Positions 25,078 through 35,444 of a DNA stretch of 64,000 bases are shown one piece after another. This stretch comes from an uncultured delta proteobacterium (GTDB lineage: Bacteria > Myxococcota > Myxococcia > Myxococcales > Myxococcaceae): contig CAVYSY010000026.1 in NCBI GenBank assembly GCA_963771175.1, positions 480,001 to 544,000 of the forward strand, in the 5' to 3' direction. The translations under genes and the position numbers were made by a program. Each line of letters starts with the position of its first letter. Positions within the stretch are counted from its first letter, which is position 1. A model generated the notes under the pieces. The model did no database searches. It was not told where the DNA came from and saw only the letters and a program-made list of their open reading frames with translations.

Positions 25078-25319
25078 GGCGACTGGGGACCACTGTAGCG
25101 GCGCCCCCTGACACCGGTAGTTTTCTGACCCGAAATGCACATGGCGGACGGAGCGCGCTGTCCGAGAGCGCACTCCGGGTGATGGAGACCGGAGGACGTC
25201 TCAGGCAGAGCCCGGCTTGTCGACGATCTTGAGAATTTGGCCAGGGGATGCACACCGAAGAAGATGCCGCACCCGCCAGGTCGACCAGAGCTGACAGGAG
25301 CTAAGGAGTTCTACCGTTC

Positions 25320-26052
25320 ATGAGCGTCATTCTCACGGATTACGAGAACCGCACACGCAAGGCCGTCGCGCACTACTGGACGACGCTGACCGAGCAGGCC
25401 ACACGGCAGTCCCAGGGAGAGGCGGATCGCGGTCGTCGTGCTGCGGTGACCGGCGGCAAGCAGATGGACGGATTCTGCAGCCTCGTCAACCAACTCCTGA
25501 TCGACAATGGCCTTCCGGAAGCCCACATCTACACGAGCCAGAAGTTGGAACTTCCTGGCTACTTCAGACCCACCAAGAAATGGGACATGGTCGTGGTCTA
25601 CGACGACAAACTCGTAGCGGCTCTGGAGTTCAAGTCCCAGAGAGGCCCATCCTTCGGAAACAACTTCAACAACCGAAGCGAAGAGGCCATCGGTACGGGT
25701 AAGGATCTGGAGACCGCCTTCCGAGAAAAGGCCTTCGGCGCCAGCCCTCGTACCCTGGCTCGGTTGGCTGATGCTTCTGGAGGACTGCCCGGCATCCAGG
25801 CGGCCAGTCAAAGTTGACGAGCCACACTTCGATGTATTCCCAGAATTCTGGGATAGCTCCTACGCCCAACGGTACGAACTGCTTCTCCGCAAATTGGTCC
25901 TGGAGAAGCTCTTCGATTCCTCCGCGTTCCTCATGTGCACCGAAGCGCAGGGTCAGACCGGCGATTACACTGAACCGGCTCGCGATCTTGGCATAAAGCA
26001 GTTCCTCGCTGGGCTTGGAGCCCACGTCGGAAAATTCCTCGCCAGCCTCTGA
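25320..26052 (+). CDS. PaeR7I/XhoI family type II restriction endonuclease; +1 frameshift near 25752
   Basis: RAAVTGGKQMDGF, LELPGYFRPTKKWD, EFKSQRGPSFGNNFNNRSEEAIG; resumes as PWLGWLMLLEDC...EPHFDVFPEF...SYAQRYELLLRKLVLEKL. Confidence 0.88.
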
Positions 26053-26061
26053 GGATCGGAC

Positions 26062-26950
26062 ATGCAGTTGCAGTTCAATCTACCCGCTCGAATCGGCAAA
26101 GACGCCTACCAGTACGGAGAACGCTCATCGGGCGAAACACATGGGGTCGTCCTGACGAAGCCCCATGTGGTCAAGCTGATCCTCGATCTGGCTCGGTACA
26201 CTCCGGAGCGCCCGCTCGCGTCCATGCGCATCCTGGAGCCAGCATGCGGGACAGGTGCGTTCCTCGAGCCAGCCATCGAGCGTCTGCTGACGGCAGCCCA
26301 GCGAGCGGGAGTCAAGGCGACAGAACTCGGGCAATGCGTCGCGGCTTACGACATCGATCCGGACCATGTCGCCGCGTCTCGCGCCGTAGTGGCGAAGGTG
26401 CTTCAGGAGCAAGAGGTCCCCACGAGAGTTGCGCGCCGACTGGCGGAACAGTGGGTGCGCGAAGGCGACTTCCTCCTAGCTCATGAGGAACCGTTCGACG
26501 TCGTGGTCGGGAACCCTCCCTACATCCGGATCGAACAACTCGCGCCCTCACTCCAAGCAGAGTACCGACGGCGGTACGCGTCCCTGTACGATCGCGCAGA
26601 CCTGTACGTGGCATTCATCAGCGTGGGCTCGACCTGCTCAAGCCCGACGGCATCCTGTCTTTCATCTGCGCGGATCGATGGATCTTGAACCGCTACGGGT
26701 CGCCACTGCGCAAGCGAATCACCGAACGCTTCAAGGTTCACGCATACATCGATCTGCACCAAGCCTCGCCCTTTGAATCCGAGGTCATCGCATACCCGTC
26801 CATCTTCGCAATCGGGCCAGGAAAGAGCGAACGGGTGCACGTGGGAACCATGTTGACGGCCACTCCTGAAGAATGCGCTGCCATCAGCGAGCCATCCTGG
26901 GTGGCCATTCATCGCACGCAGGCGTCTCGGTCGCGATGGATGAAACTGGT
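26062..26950 (+). pseudogene. Cognate N6-adenine DNA methyltransferase (Eco57I/TaqI-like gamma class); frameshift near 26620 and 3'-truncated
   Basis: ILEPACGTGAF (motif I), FDVVVGNPPYIR (motif IV), DRADLYVAFI, LSFICADRW; similarity ends near 26950 with no target-recognition domain. Confidence 0.8.
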
Positions 26951-27039
26951 TGGTGATGGCTCTCAACCGGCATGCCTGCCGGGCGCAGCTCTTGAGCACG
27001 GTGGAGTGCGAAGCATTCGACGTAGCCCGTGCGGTCAGC

Positions 27040-27440
27040 GCCGAGGAGCACGTGCGACTCGCCGAGCCGTCTTGTGCCTCAGGGACAACCCCGGTTCGCA
27101 GGGAAGCGCTGATCAACACCTATGGAGGTCGCTGCGCTATCTCAAACTGCGTGTGACCCAGACGCTGGAGGACACCATCCTGCCCTACCGCGGGCAGCAT
27201 ACCAACCATGTACAGGACATGGATTGCTGCTCCCGGGACCTACACACCGTTCGATCTGGGCCTGACATCGGCATTGATACCGAAACATGGACCGTGCTCA
27301 TCCACCCGCGCATGGGCTCCACGCATCGTCTACAGCCACCTGGGGCAGAGAAGGTGAGACTGCCGTCGGATTGCGCGTCATGCGCCGAGCAGAGGAGGCG
27401 CTCCGGGAGCACCGCTCGGGAGGCGGGATTCCCTATTTGA
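27040..27440 (+). pseudogene. Degraded HNH endonuclease remnant
   Basis: Across frames: REALINTYGGRCAISNC, ILPYRGQHTNHVQ, RDLHT, IGIDTETWTVLIHP, matching the YGGRCAITG...AAHI.PY...N...NGLLLR.DLH.LFD pattern. Confidence 0.7.
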
Positions 27441-27521
27441 GATCTCCGGCTGGCCCGAGGCCAATCCTTGTCGCAATGATTGACTCAGAGGCTGTTGAAC
27501 TGGAGCGGGCGCCCGGTCGGG

Positions 27522-28466
27522 CTACGGGAACGTCACACCGTCGAAGAACTCGCCCCTGCCGCCCCCCTCCTGGCTCCACAGCTTCAGGGTGAAGGTGCCG
27601 CGCGCCTCCTCCTCCGTCGCCTCCACCTCCAGCACGACACGGCTCGTCTTCCCCGAGGCAATGGGCTCCAGCGGCCACACGCCGAGCGCCTTCAACTCCA
27701 CGCGCCCTGGGGCCCACCAGCACCGCACCGGCGGGCGTCCAGGGCGTGCTCCCGCCGTTCCACAACTCCTGCTCCACGGCCAGCCGCACCACCTTGTGTC
27801 CGCCCTCCCCGCGCCCGGTGTCCGAGCGGTAGCTGCGCGCCTTGGTGCTGGTGAGCGTGTTGCCGGGGCGCGAGGTGACGTTCTGGACGATGTCCTTGAC
27901 GTCAACGCCGCCCTTCCCCATGAGTTCCTGGGCGAGGAGGCCCAGGAGCCCCACCTTCCCGTTGGACTCCGCCTCCAGGCGCGCCTTCTCCCGCCGGCAC
28001 TGCTGGACTTCCTCCAGCGCCCGCTGCTCGCCCTCCTGGCAGGAGGCCAGCGTGCGCGGCTGGCGCGTCACCTCCACCTGCCGCGCGGCCTCGGAGGGAT
28101 GCACCACCAGCAGCGAAGGTGACACTCGCCGGGGCCGCGCCGTCCTGGAAGTACACCGTCACCGGCACGCGCTCCCCGTCCGGCAGGGCCCAGGTGGGGG
28201 CGAGCGTGAAGCCCGCCTCGTCCTCTATCACCCGGAATCGCTCCCGCCCGGCCAGCTCCACGCGCGCCAGCTTCGCGTTGAAGAAGAAGCTGGTGGAGCG
28301 CCCCGGGCGGATGCACACCTCATGCGCCCCGCGAGCCGTGTCCACCGTCAGCTCGAGCTGACGCGTGTCCGACCTCACACGTGGGCAATGGGGCTTCCAC
28401 ACCGGGACCAGCGGGGGCGGCGAGCAGCACGAGTCGTAGGAGCGCGGCGGAGGACAGGGCGAACAC
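27522..28466 (-). CDS. DUF2381 family protein (Myxococcales, kinase-associated); frameshifted, may be a pseudogene
   Basis: HEVCIRPGRSTSFFF, ERVPVTVYFQDGAAPASVTF, VHPSEAARQVEVTRQPRT, PWTPAGAVL, GTFTLKLW...FFDGVTFP. Confidence 0.78.
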
Positions 28467-28582
28467 GGGGCGGGGACCTCCCGAGGGGAACGAGACCGGA
28501 GGAGTGGGGCTCTACCACACCTCCCTCGCGGTCGTGTCGGGGTTGCGCCCGGTACCCGCCACCCGCCTGGTTCCGAGGCGCC

Positions 28583-30286
28583 CTATTGGAAACGGTCCAC
28601 CACCCGCACCTCCGCGACAGGAGACACCAGCACCTTGCCCGGCTCGCTGCCGGGCTCCAGCGGCAGCCCGACGGCTCGTCATCTATGTCCAGCAGCTCCA
28701 GGCACACCGTGTACGTCTCCCCGGTGGGCGTGCGCGCCTCGGTGAAGCGGCCGTACACCCGCCCCTCTCCGAAGTAGAGCCGGCCGTGGAGCCGGGTCTG
28801 GCTCGGCAGTGCCACCTGTCACCCCCGCCCCGAGTCAGATCGGCCCCCGCCTCCCAGTCGCCCGGCACGCGCAGCGGGGTGTCCTCGCGCACGGGCACGG
28901 GCCTGCCCCGCACGTCGCCCCAGTCGACGCTCCTCGATTTCCCCGATGCGCAGGCCGAGCGTGCGGGTCATGGTCTCCACGGCCCCGGCGGGGCACTCCT
29001 GGGGAAGCGGAGCCGGGCGCACGGGCGGCACCTGCTGCTGCGCACCCAGGCAGGCCTGCAAGGCGGCGCCGGTGAGGCCGAGACACACGTTGCGCACGGC
29101 GGCTCCTCGGCCCTTGGGCCGCGCTTCCGTCTGGGGGCCGGACGTCTGTCTGCTGCTTCACGGGGGCATTGTCCTTTCGAGGCACCGCGGATGAGGCGGC
29201 GACCGCGGGGGAAGGCACCTGGGCAGGCGCGGCCACGGCCCGTGCAGGTTCCGGCGCGAGCCCCGGAGGCGCCACTTCCTGGCCAGAGCCGAGCCACCAG
29301 CCCCCCAGTGCCACGGCCAACCCCACGCCCACCCCCGCCAACACCCGGGCCCCCCGCGCTCCGCCGCTTGCCGGCCGCTCGACGTCTCCCCGTGCAGCGG
29401 CACCGTCCAGGCCGCGTCTGCCCCGGCCTTCAGCGTCTCCAGGGCCTCGTACAGCGCCACGGCGCTCGGGTAGCGCGCCTCGGGCCGCTTCTCCAGCAGC
29501 CGCAGGCACACCGCCTCCACCTCCCGGGGCACGCGCGGGTTGACGAGGTGCGGCGGCAGCGGCGCCCGGTGCAGCACCGCCTCCACGTCCACGCCCCCCT
29601 CGTCGGTGAGCCGGAAGGGGAAGCGGCCCGTCAGCAGCCGGTAGAACACCACCCCCAGCGCGTACAGGTCATCCCCCGGCCCGGCCCGGTAGTGCGCGCC
29701 CGGCTCGCCCGCGTGCGCACGGCCGAAGGCCCACGCCTCGGGGGCGCGGTAGAGGGGCGCCCCCGGAGGAAACATCCCCTTCGTCAGCGTGGCGTCTCCC
29801 TCGTGGTAGCCCGCCCCGAAGTCCACCAGCACCGCCTGCCCGTCCCCCTCGCGCACCAGGATGTTGTCCTCCTTCACGTCCCGGTGCACCACCCTCGCGT
29901 CGTGCGCCACCGCCAGCCCGCGCGACACCTCCAGCACCCGGTCCACCACCTCGCCCAGGGTGCGTCCGGGCTGGAGCCCCCACTCCTCCAGCGTGAGGCC
30001 CTCCACCAGCTCCAGCTTCATCCACACGAAGCGGGGCTGGGACTCGGGCCATATGGCCCGTGCCCAACTGGCGCACCAGGTTGGGGTGGTGCAGGCACAT
30101 GCCCAGCGACACCTCGCGCCAGGCCCGCTCGGTCCACACGCTCCCCTCCTCCAGCGGCAGCAGCTTGAGGGCGGCCCGGTGCCCGTCGGGGCCTCGCACC
30201 CGGTACACGGTGCCGAAGCAGCCCGTGCCCAGCACGGCCTCCACCACGTCCCCGCCAATGCGGGTGCCGGGCGGCAGCGGGGGCAT
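28583..30286 (-). CDS. Hanks-type Ser/Thr protein kinase with TM segment and extracytoplasmic domain; frameshifted
   Basis: LGTGCFGTVY, AALK, HPNLV, HRDVKEDNIL, DFG, YRAPE, DDLYALGV; C-terminal GRLYFGEGRVYGRFTEARTP...VCLEL. Confidence 0.85.
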
Positions 30287-30499
30287 GCTCGAGCGGACTC
30301 ATGGCGCCCTCGTCGCCAAGGGGGACGGGGTGCTCGGGACTGGGGAAGGCGAACGTGCGCACACGCGGGGACTACCTCCGAGGACTCAACCTAGCAGGTC
30401 AAGCGCCCCGGCCGGGGCCGCACGTGCGCCAGCCTCCCCTTCGCTCGCCGTCGACGACGCGCGCTGTGCGACAGCCCATCGAACCGGAGCCGTACCGCA

Positions 30500-31192
30500 T
30501 CAGGCGAAGCGCGTCTTGGTGGTGGTCGGCGGCTCGCGTCCCAGCGGATTCCACACGTACTCCTCGCTGGGCGTCAGCCTCATGTTGGTGAAGCCGTGTC
30601 GCGCCACGAAGCGCTCGAAGCGCTCGGAGACGGTCCAGATGCCAAACAGCCCCCGGGGATTGAAGACGTCCTCTCCCCGCCAGGTCCCCTCCTCCAGGGA
30701 GAAGCCATGGATGGCATTGATGCCCTCGGAACGGCACTCCTCGCATGTCGGAGGGTCTCCGTAGGTGATGAGGCTGCGTGACACGTCCACCGCGGCGCGG
30801 CCGAAGCAGACCGTGGCGACGAGGTACCGGGGGATTTGGGAAGGAACGGGACCTCGCCGCTTCCTGCGTACCCGCGTCACCTCCACCGGGTGGAAGCCCT
30901 CCAGTCCCGTCAGGCCTTCGTCGCGGAAGGCCTGGGCCAAGCGTTCGGACATCAGGAGGTCATCTCCACCGGCCTTGATGAAGTCCCCGAGCTCCTCGCC
31001 GTACAGCACCAACTCGGCACGGTAGGTCGGAAGCCAGGGTTTCATCCCGATGAAACGGCCACACCGCGGGCAGCGGGCCGCGTCTCCGAGATTGACAGGC
31101 TCGACCGTGTCGACCTCGGCATCGTAACGAGAACAGGGAGCGCCCGACTCCAGCACGAAGAAGCGAGGGGAGGCCGCGGCATCAGAAGCCAT
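30500..31192 (-). CDS. Double-CXXCG-like immunity protein (myxobacterial polymorphic toxin immunity)
   Basis: CPRCG and CEECR motifs, LLMSERL, TWRGEDVF.PRGL, VSERFERFV; start overlaps the stop of an upstream toxin remnant. Confidence 0.7.
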   Translation of the reverse strand: MASDAAASPRFFVLESGAPCSRYDAEVDTVEPVNLGDAARCPRCGRFIGMKPWLPTYRAELVLYGEELGDFIKAGGDDLLMSERLAQAFRDEGLTGLEGFHPVEVTRVRRKRRGPVPSQIPRYLVATVCFGRAAVDVSRSLITYGDPPTCEECRSEGINAIHGFSLEEGTWRGEDVFNPRGLFGIWTVSERFERFVARHGFTNMRLTPSEEYVWNPLGREPPTTTKTRFA

Positions 31193-31380
31193 GGGGAAAC
31201 CTCCTGAGCATGTCGGGCCGACTGTATATCTCTCGAAGGAAGGCCTCGAACTGCTTCGGTGTCACGTTGCGGTAGGTGTTGAGCTAGACGATGACCTCGG
31301 CATCCACTTTCCGATGCCAGTCCTGGTAGCCACAATGGGCCTGCTCGTCCACGGCCCGGGTGACGAAGCGGGGGTCTCGC
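31182..31380 (-). pseudogene. C-terminal remnant of a myxobacterial toxin with an internal stop
   Basis: RDPRFVTRAVDEQAHCGYQDWHRKVDAEVIV*LNTYRNVTPKQFEAFLREIYSRPDMLRRFPHGF*; its stop overlaps the immunity ATG (ATGGCTTCTGA). Confidence 0.65.
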
Positions 31381-31479
31381 CGGCTCAGCATTCCCTCGAA
31401 CGGCAGCGCGGCGAGCCAGGCTCCGAGGAGCCCGACCCGCCGCGCTCGAGGCGACCCGCGCACGGGCCGCGTTACTCCG

Positions 31480-31812
31480 TCACGCCCTCAGCGGCTTCAC
31501 GTCTCGCGGGCACTCCCAGTAGGTGTACTCGCACGTGGCGCTCGCGGGGTCGCACGGCACCCGCATCACGGTGATGAGCTCGCACGGGTGCTTCGGCTCA
31601 TCGACGACAGGGCTCGCGGGCACCGCGGGCGCCTCGGCTGGCGAGAGCGTCTCGGTCCCCTGTCCATTGAAGGGGCGACCCGCCTGTCGCGAGACGCCCC
31701 CTTGCTGCTCCTCCTTGCTCTGACGCGTCGGGCTCGCCAGCGGCAAGCACACCACCGGCAGCACCGACGCCGCCCCCAACACCGCCCCCAAGACGCACCG
31801 CTTCGTTCCCAT
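31480..31812 (-). CDS. Small secreted or membrane-anchored Cys-rich hypothetical protein
   Basis: Hydrophobic N-terminus, then HPCELITVMRVPCDPASATCEYTYWECP. Confidence 0.5.
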   Translation of the reverse strand: MGTKRCVLGAVLGAASVLPVVCLPLASPTRQSKEEQQGGVSRQAGRPFNGQGTETLSPAEAPAVPASPVVDEPKHPCELITVMRVPCDPASATCEYTYWECPRDVKPLRA

Positions 31813-32107
31813 GGAACCCCCTTGCCGGCTGACACCCTCCTTCACGCCGATGGCGCGTCGGTTCCGGTTCAGCGGCAAGGACGCAAACTACTCGCCGGGT
31901 CTGACATCCCCCGGCGCATCCGCCGAGGTGGAGCCGCCTCGCGTCCTCTATCGAAAACGGCCAAAACCCCTCGTGTTTCCAACCACTTACAGAGGCGTTC
32001 CGAAGCGGTGGGATTACATCGACCCACTCCAGCGGTCACCTACTTCCGTCCGCTTCCCGACGGTGCCTGGAATCGTATGCTTCCCGCCCCCAGCGCCCCA
32101 CCCGCCC

Positions 32108-33039
32108 TCACGCCCGGAGCATCGCCAGGGCGCGCTGGAAGTCCTCGGGCAGTGGCGCCTCGACGCTCACCAGCGCACCCGTGGCGGGGCTCGGCAGCGA
32201 GAGGCGGAACGCGTGCAGCGCATGGCGGCCGATCGCCTTCGCCGCCGGGTGCGTGCGCGTCTCCTCGGGGCCGTACAGGGAATCGCCGAGCACCGGGGAA
32301 CCCCGCCTCGGCCATCTGCACGCGGATTTGATGCGTGCGTCCCGTCTCCAGCTTCACCTCCACCAGCGTCGCGCCCCGGAGCCGCTCGCGCACCTCATAG
32401 GAGAGCGCCGCTCGACGCGCCGAGCGCACCTTCGTCGTGAAGCGCCGCGGGTCCTTCGGGTCCCGGCCATACGGCGCCTCGAGCCGGTCTCGCTCGGGGG
32501 TCTCCCCCAGCACGAGGGCCCAGATAGCGCTTGTCCACGCGCTTCTCCTGGAACGCCCGGTCGAGCGCCGCGACGGCCTCGTCCGTGCGTGCGAACGCGA
32601 GGCAGCCGCTCGTCTCCCGGTCCAGCCGGTGCACCACGCCGGGCTGCGCGAGCCCCTCCACGTCGAACGGAGGCAGCCGCGCCGCCAGCAGGTCCACCAC
32701 CGAGGGGACATTCCCCGAGGGCTCCACCACCAGGTCCGGCGGTTTGTTCACGATGACCAGGGATGCGTCGTCGTGGAGCACGGGCAGCTCGGGGCCCTCG
32801 ACGGAGCGCCTCACCTGAGCGCGCGGCGGAGCACGCGGTGGCGGGCGGCTGAGCTCGATCTCCTCCCCACCCCAGAGCTTGCGCGTGGGCTGGCACTTCT
32901 TGCCTCGGATGCGCACGAGCCCCTGCTCGATGAGCACACGCGCCCGCTCCAGCGAGAGCCCGGGCACGTGCGCCGAGAGGTACTTGTCGAGCCGATCGCC
33001 AGCGGCCTCGCGGGGGACGGAAATTTTCTGGAGCGACAT
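32108..33039 (-). CDS. RluA family pseudouridine synthase with S4 domain; frameshifted
   Basis: RLDKYL, VNKPPDL, catalytic HRLDRETSG, LETGRTHQIRVQ, LGDSLYG...ALHA. Confidence 0.9.
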
Positions 33040-33147
33040 GGGGGCTCCCTTCTACGGCGCGGCCTTCCGAGAAACCACCAGGGACTCCGGGCATCACAAA
33101 GACCCGCGGGGCCACTCAGTCTCGGGGGAGGCTCACCGTAACCTCGC

Positions 33148-33187
33148 GGTGTGTTCGAGCGTATAGAGGTGTGTTCGAGCATACAGA
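33148..33187. repeat. 20-bp tandem direct repeat in the divergent promoter region
   Basis: GGTGTGTTCGAGCGTATAGA followed directly by GGTGTGTTCGAGCATACAGA (18/20 identical). Confidence 0.75.
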
Positions 33188-33191
33188 GAGG

Positions 33192-33935
33192 ATGAGGGAG
33201 ACCCCGTTGGACCACGAGCATCCGGAGATGGCACGAGGAGGCCTCGGGCGATGGGCAGCGGGAGTGGCGGCGGTGGTGGCGCTGGTGCTCGCCTTCAAGC
33301 TGCTGCCCGTCAACACGTGGCTGCTGGCGCTCGTCGAGCGCATCCGCGACACGGGGATGGCGGGCTCGGTGCTGTACGTCGTCCTGTACGTGGTGGCGAC
33401 GGTGCTGGTGCTGCCCGCCTCGGTGCTGACGCTGGGCGCGGGCTTCGCCTATGGGCCCGTGTACGGCACGCTGCTGGTGGTGGTGGCGAGCAACCTCGGG
33501 GCGCTGGCCGCCTTCCTGCTCGGGCGCACGGCGCTGCGCGAGCAGGTGAGCCGCCGCCTCGCGGGCCAGCCGAGGTTCTCCGCCGTGGACGCCGCCGTGG
33601 CCGAGCAGGGCTTCAAGGTGGTGTTGCTGCTGCGCCTCTCGCCCCTCTTCCCCTTCAACCTGCTCAACTACGCGCTGGGGCTCACCCGCGTCCGCCCGCG
33701 TGACTACGTGCTCGCGTCCTTCCTCGGGATGCTCCCCGGCACGGTGCTCTACGTGTACCTGGGCTCGCTGGTGACGAGCCTCGCCCAGCTCACGCGCGGC
33801 GAGCGCCCCGACTCCGGCCCCTACGGGCAGCTCCTCTTCTGGGGCGGGCTGGCCGCCACCGTCCTCGTCACCGTGTACGTCACCCGCCTCGCTCGCCGGG
33901 CCCTGGACGCCACCCTGAAGGAGACCCCGACGTGA
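33192..33935 (+). CDS. TVP38/TMEM64 (DedA/SNARE-associated) membrane protein
   Basis: LTLGAGFAYG, LLLRLSPLFPFNLLNYALGLT, GMLPGT. Confidence 0.9.
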   Translation: MRETPLDHEHPEMARGGLGRWAAGVAAVVALVLAFKLLPVNTWLLALVERIRDTGMAGSVLYVVLYVVATVLVLPASVLTLGAGFAYGPVYGTLLVVVASNLGALAAFLLGRTALREQVSRRLAGQPRFSAVDAAVAEQGFKVVLLLRLSPLFPFNLLNYALGLTRVRPRDYVLASFLGMLPGTVLYVYLGSLVTSLAQLTRGERPDSGPYGQLLFWGGLAATVLVTVYVTRLARRALDATLKETPT

Positions 33936-35437
33936 ATGCCCCGCATCTGCTCGACGGTGACGCGCACGACGCCGCGCTCACCGCGCTCACCCACCCGGCG
34001 GACTGGAAGAACCCCACTCCCTCGGGGCGCTACAACCTCGTCGTCATTGGCGCCGGCACCGCGGGCCTCGTGGCCGCCGCGGGCGCGGCCGGGCTCGGCG
34101 GGAAGGTGGCCCTCATCGAGCGGCGCCTGCTGGGCGGCGACTGCCTCAACTTCGGCTGCGTGCCGACCAAGGCCCTCCTCGCCTCGGCGCGCGTGGCCGC
34201 CACCGTGCGCGGCGCGAGCTCCTACGGGGTGGAGGCCGGTGAGCCCCGGGTGGACTTCGCGCGGGTGATGGAGCGGGTGCGCTCGCTGCGTGCGGGCATC
34301 GCGCCCCACGACTCGGCCGAGCGCTTCCGCGGCCTGGGCGTGGACGTGTTCCTCGGCGAGGGCCGTTTCGTCGCGCCCGACGCGGTGGAGGTGGCAGGCC
34401 AGCGCCTCACCTTCGCGCGCGCCCTCATCACCACCGGAGGCAGCCCCTCGGTGCCGGACATCCCGGGGCTCGCGGAGGCGGGCTACCTCACCAACGAGAG
34501 CGTCTTCACCCTCACCGAGCTGCCCCCCCGGCTGGTGGTGCTCGGCGGAGGCCCCATCGGGTGCGAGCTGGCCCAGGCCTTCCGGCGGCTCGGGGCCCGG
34601 GTGGCGCTCGTCAACCAAGGCGCCCGTCTGCTGCCCAAGGAGGACCCGGATGTGAGCGAGGTGCTCGCCCGGCGCTTCGAGGCCGAGGGCATCACCTTGC
34701 ACCTCGGGGCGAGGGCCACCCGCGTCGAGGCCCATGGCCCGGTGAAGCGCCTGCGCTTCGAGCGCGAGGGCGCGGAGGGAGCCGTGGAGGGCGAGGTGCT
34801 GCTCGTGGCCACCGGCCGCGCGCCGGTGGTGGGCGGACTGGGGCTCGAAGCCGCCGGGGTCCAGCACGGTCCTCACGGCGTCGAGGTGGATGACCAGCTC
34901 CGCACCACCAACCCGCGCATCTACGCGGCGGGGGACATCTGCTCGCGCTTCAAGTTCACCCATGCCGCGGATGCACTCGCGCGGGTGGCACTGCAGAACG
35001 CCCTCTTCTTCGGCCGCAAGAAGGCCAGCGCGCTCGTGATTCCCTGGTGCACGTACACGGACCCCGAGGTGGCCCACGTGGGCCTCACCTCGCGCGAGGC
35101 CGAGGCCCTCGGCGCCGTCACCCTCACCGTGCCCATGTCCTCCATGGACCGTGCCCTCCTGGACGGCGAGACCGAGGGCTTCGGGCGCATCCACGTGGAC
35201 TCGAAGTCGGGCCGGCTGCTCGGCGGGACACTGGTGGGCGCGCACGCCGGGGAGAACATCGGCGAGCTCGCGCTGGCGATGACGATGGGCCTCACCGTGG
35301 GGGCGCTGTCCAACACCGTGCTCCCCTACCCCACCCGAGGCGAGGTGCTGAAGCGGCTCGGCGACGCGTGGAACCGCCGGCGGCTCACCCCTCGGACGAA
35401 GGGTTTCCTCACCCGGTTGCTCTCCTGGCGCCGGTGA
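33932..35437 (+). CDS. FAD-dependent pyridine nucleotide-disulfide oxidoreductase (mercuric-reductase-like, no C-terminal CC)
   Basis: VIGAGTAG, GGDCLNFGCVPTK, LGGGPIGCELAQ, YAAGDI, PWCTYTDPEVAHVG, PYPT. Confidence 0.88.
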   Translation: MNAPHLLDGDAHDAALTALTHPADWKNPTPSGRYNLVVIGAGTAGLVAAAGAAGLGGKVALIERRLLGGDCLNFGCVPTKALLASARVAATVRGASSYGVEAGEPRVDFARVMERVRSLRAGIAPHDSAERFRGLGVDVFLGEGRFVAPDAVEVAGQRLTFARALITTGGSPSVPDIPGLAEAGYLTNESVFTLTELPPRLVVLGGGPIGCELAQAFRRLGARVALVNQGARLLPKEDPDVSEVLARRFEAEGITLHLGARATRVEAHGPVKRLRFEREGAEGAVEGEVLLVATGRAPVVGGLGLEAAGVQHGPHGVEVDDQLRTTNPRIYAAGDICSRFKFTHAADALARVALQNALFFGRKKASALVIPWCTYTDPEVAHVGLTSREAEALGAVTLTVPMSSMDRALLDGETEGFGRIHVDSKSGRLLGGTLVGAHAGENIGELALAMTMGLTVGALSNTVLPYPTRGEVLKRLGDAWNRRRLTPRTKGFLTRLLSWRR

Positions 35438-35444
35438 TGCTCGC

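Noticed and set aside
33932..35437. True mercuric reductase merA
   Set aside because: No C-terminal Cys-Cys pair, no N-terminal metal-binding domain, and no merR/T/P nearby
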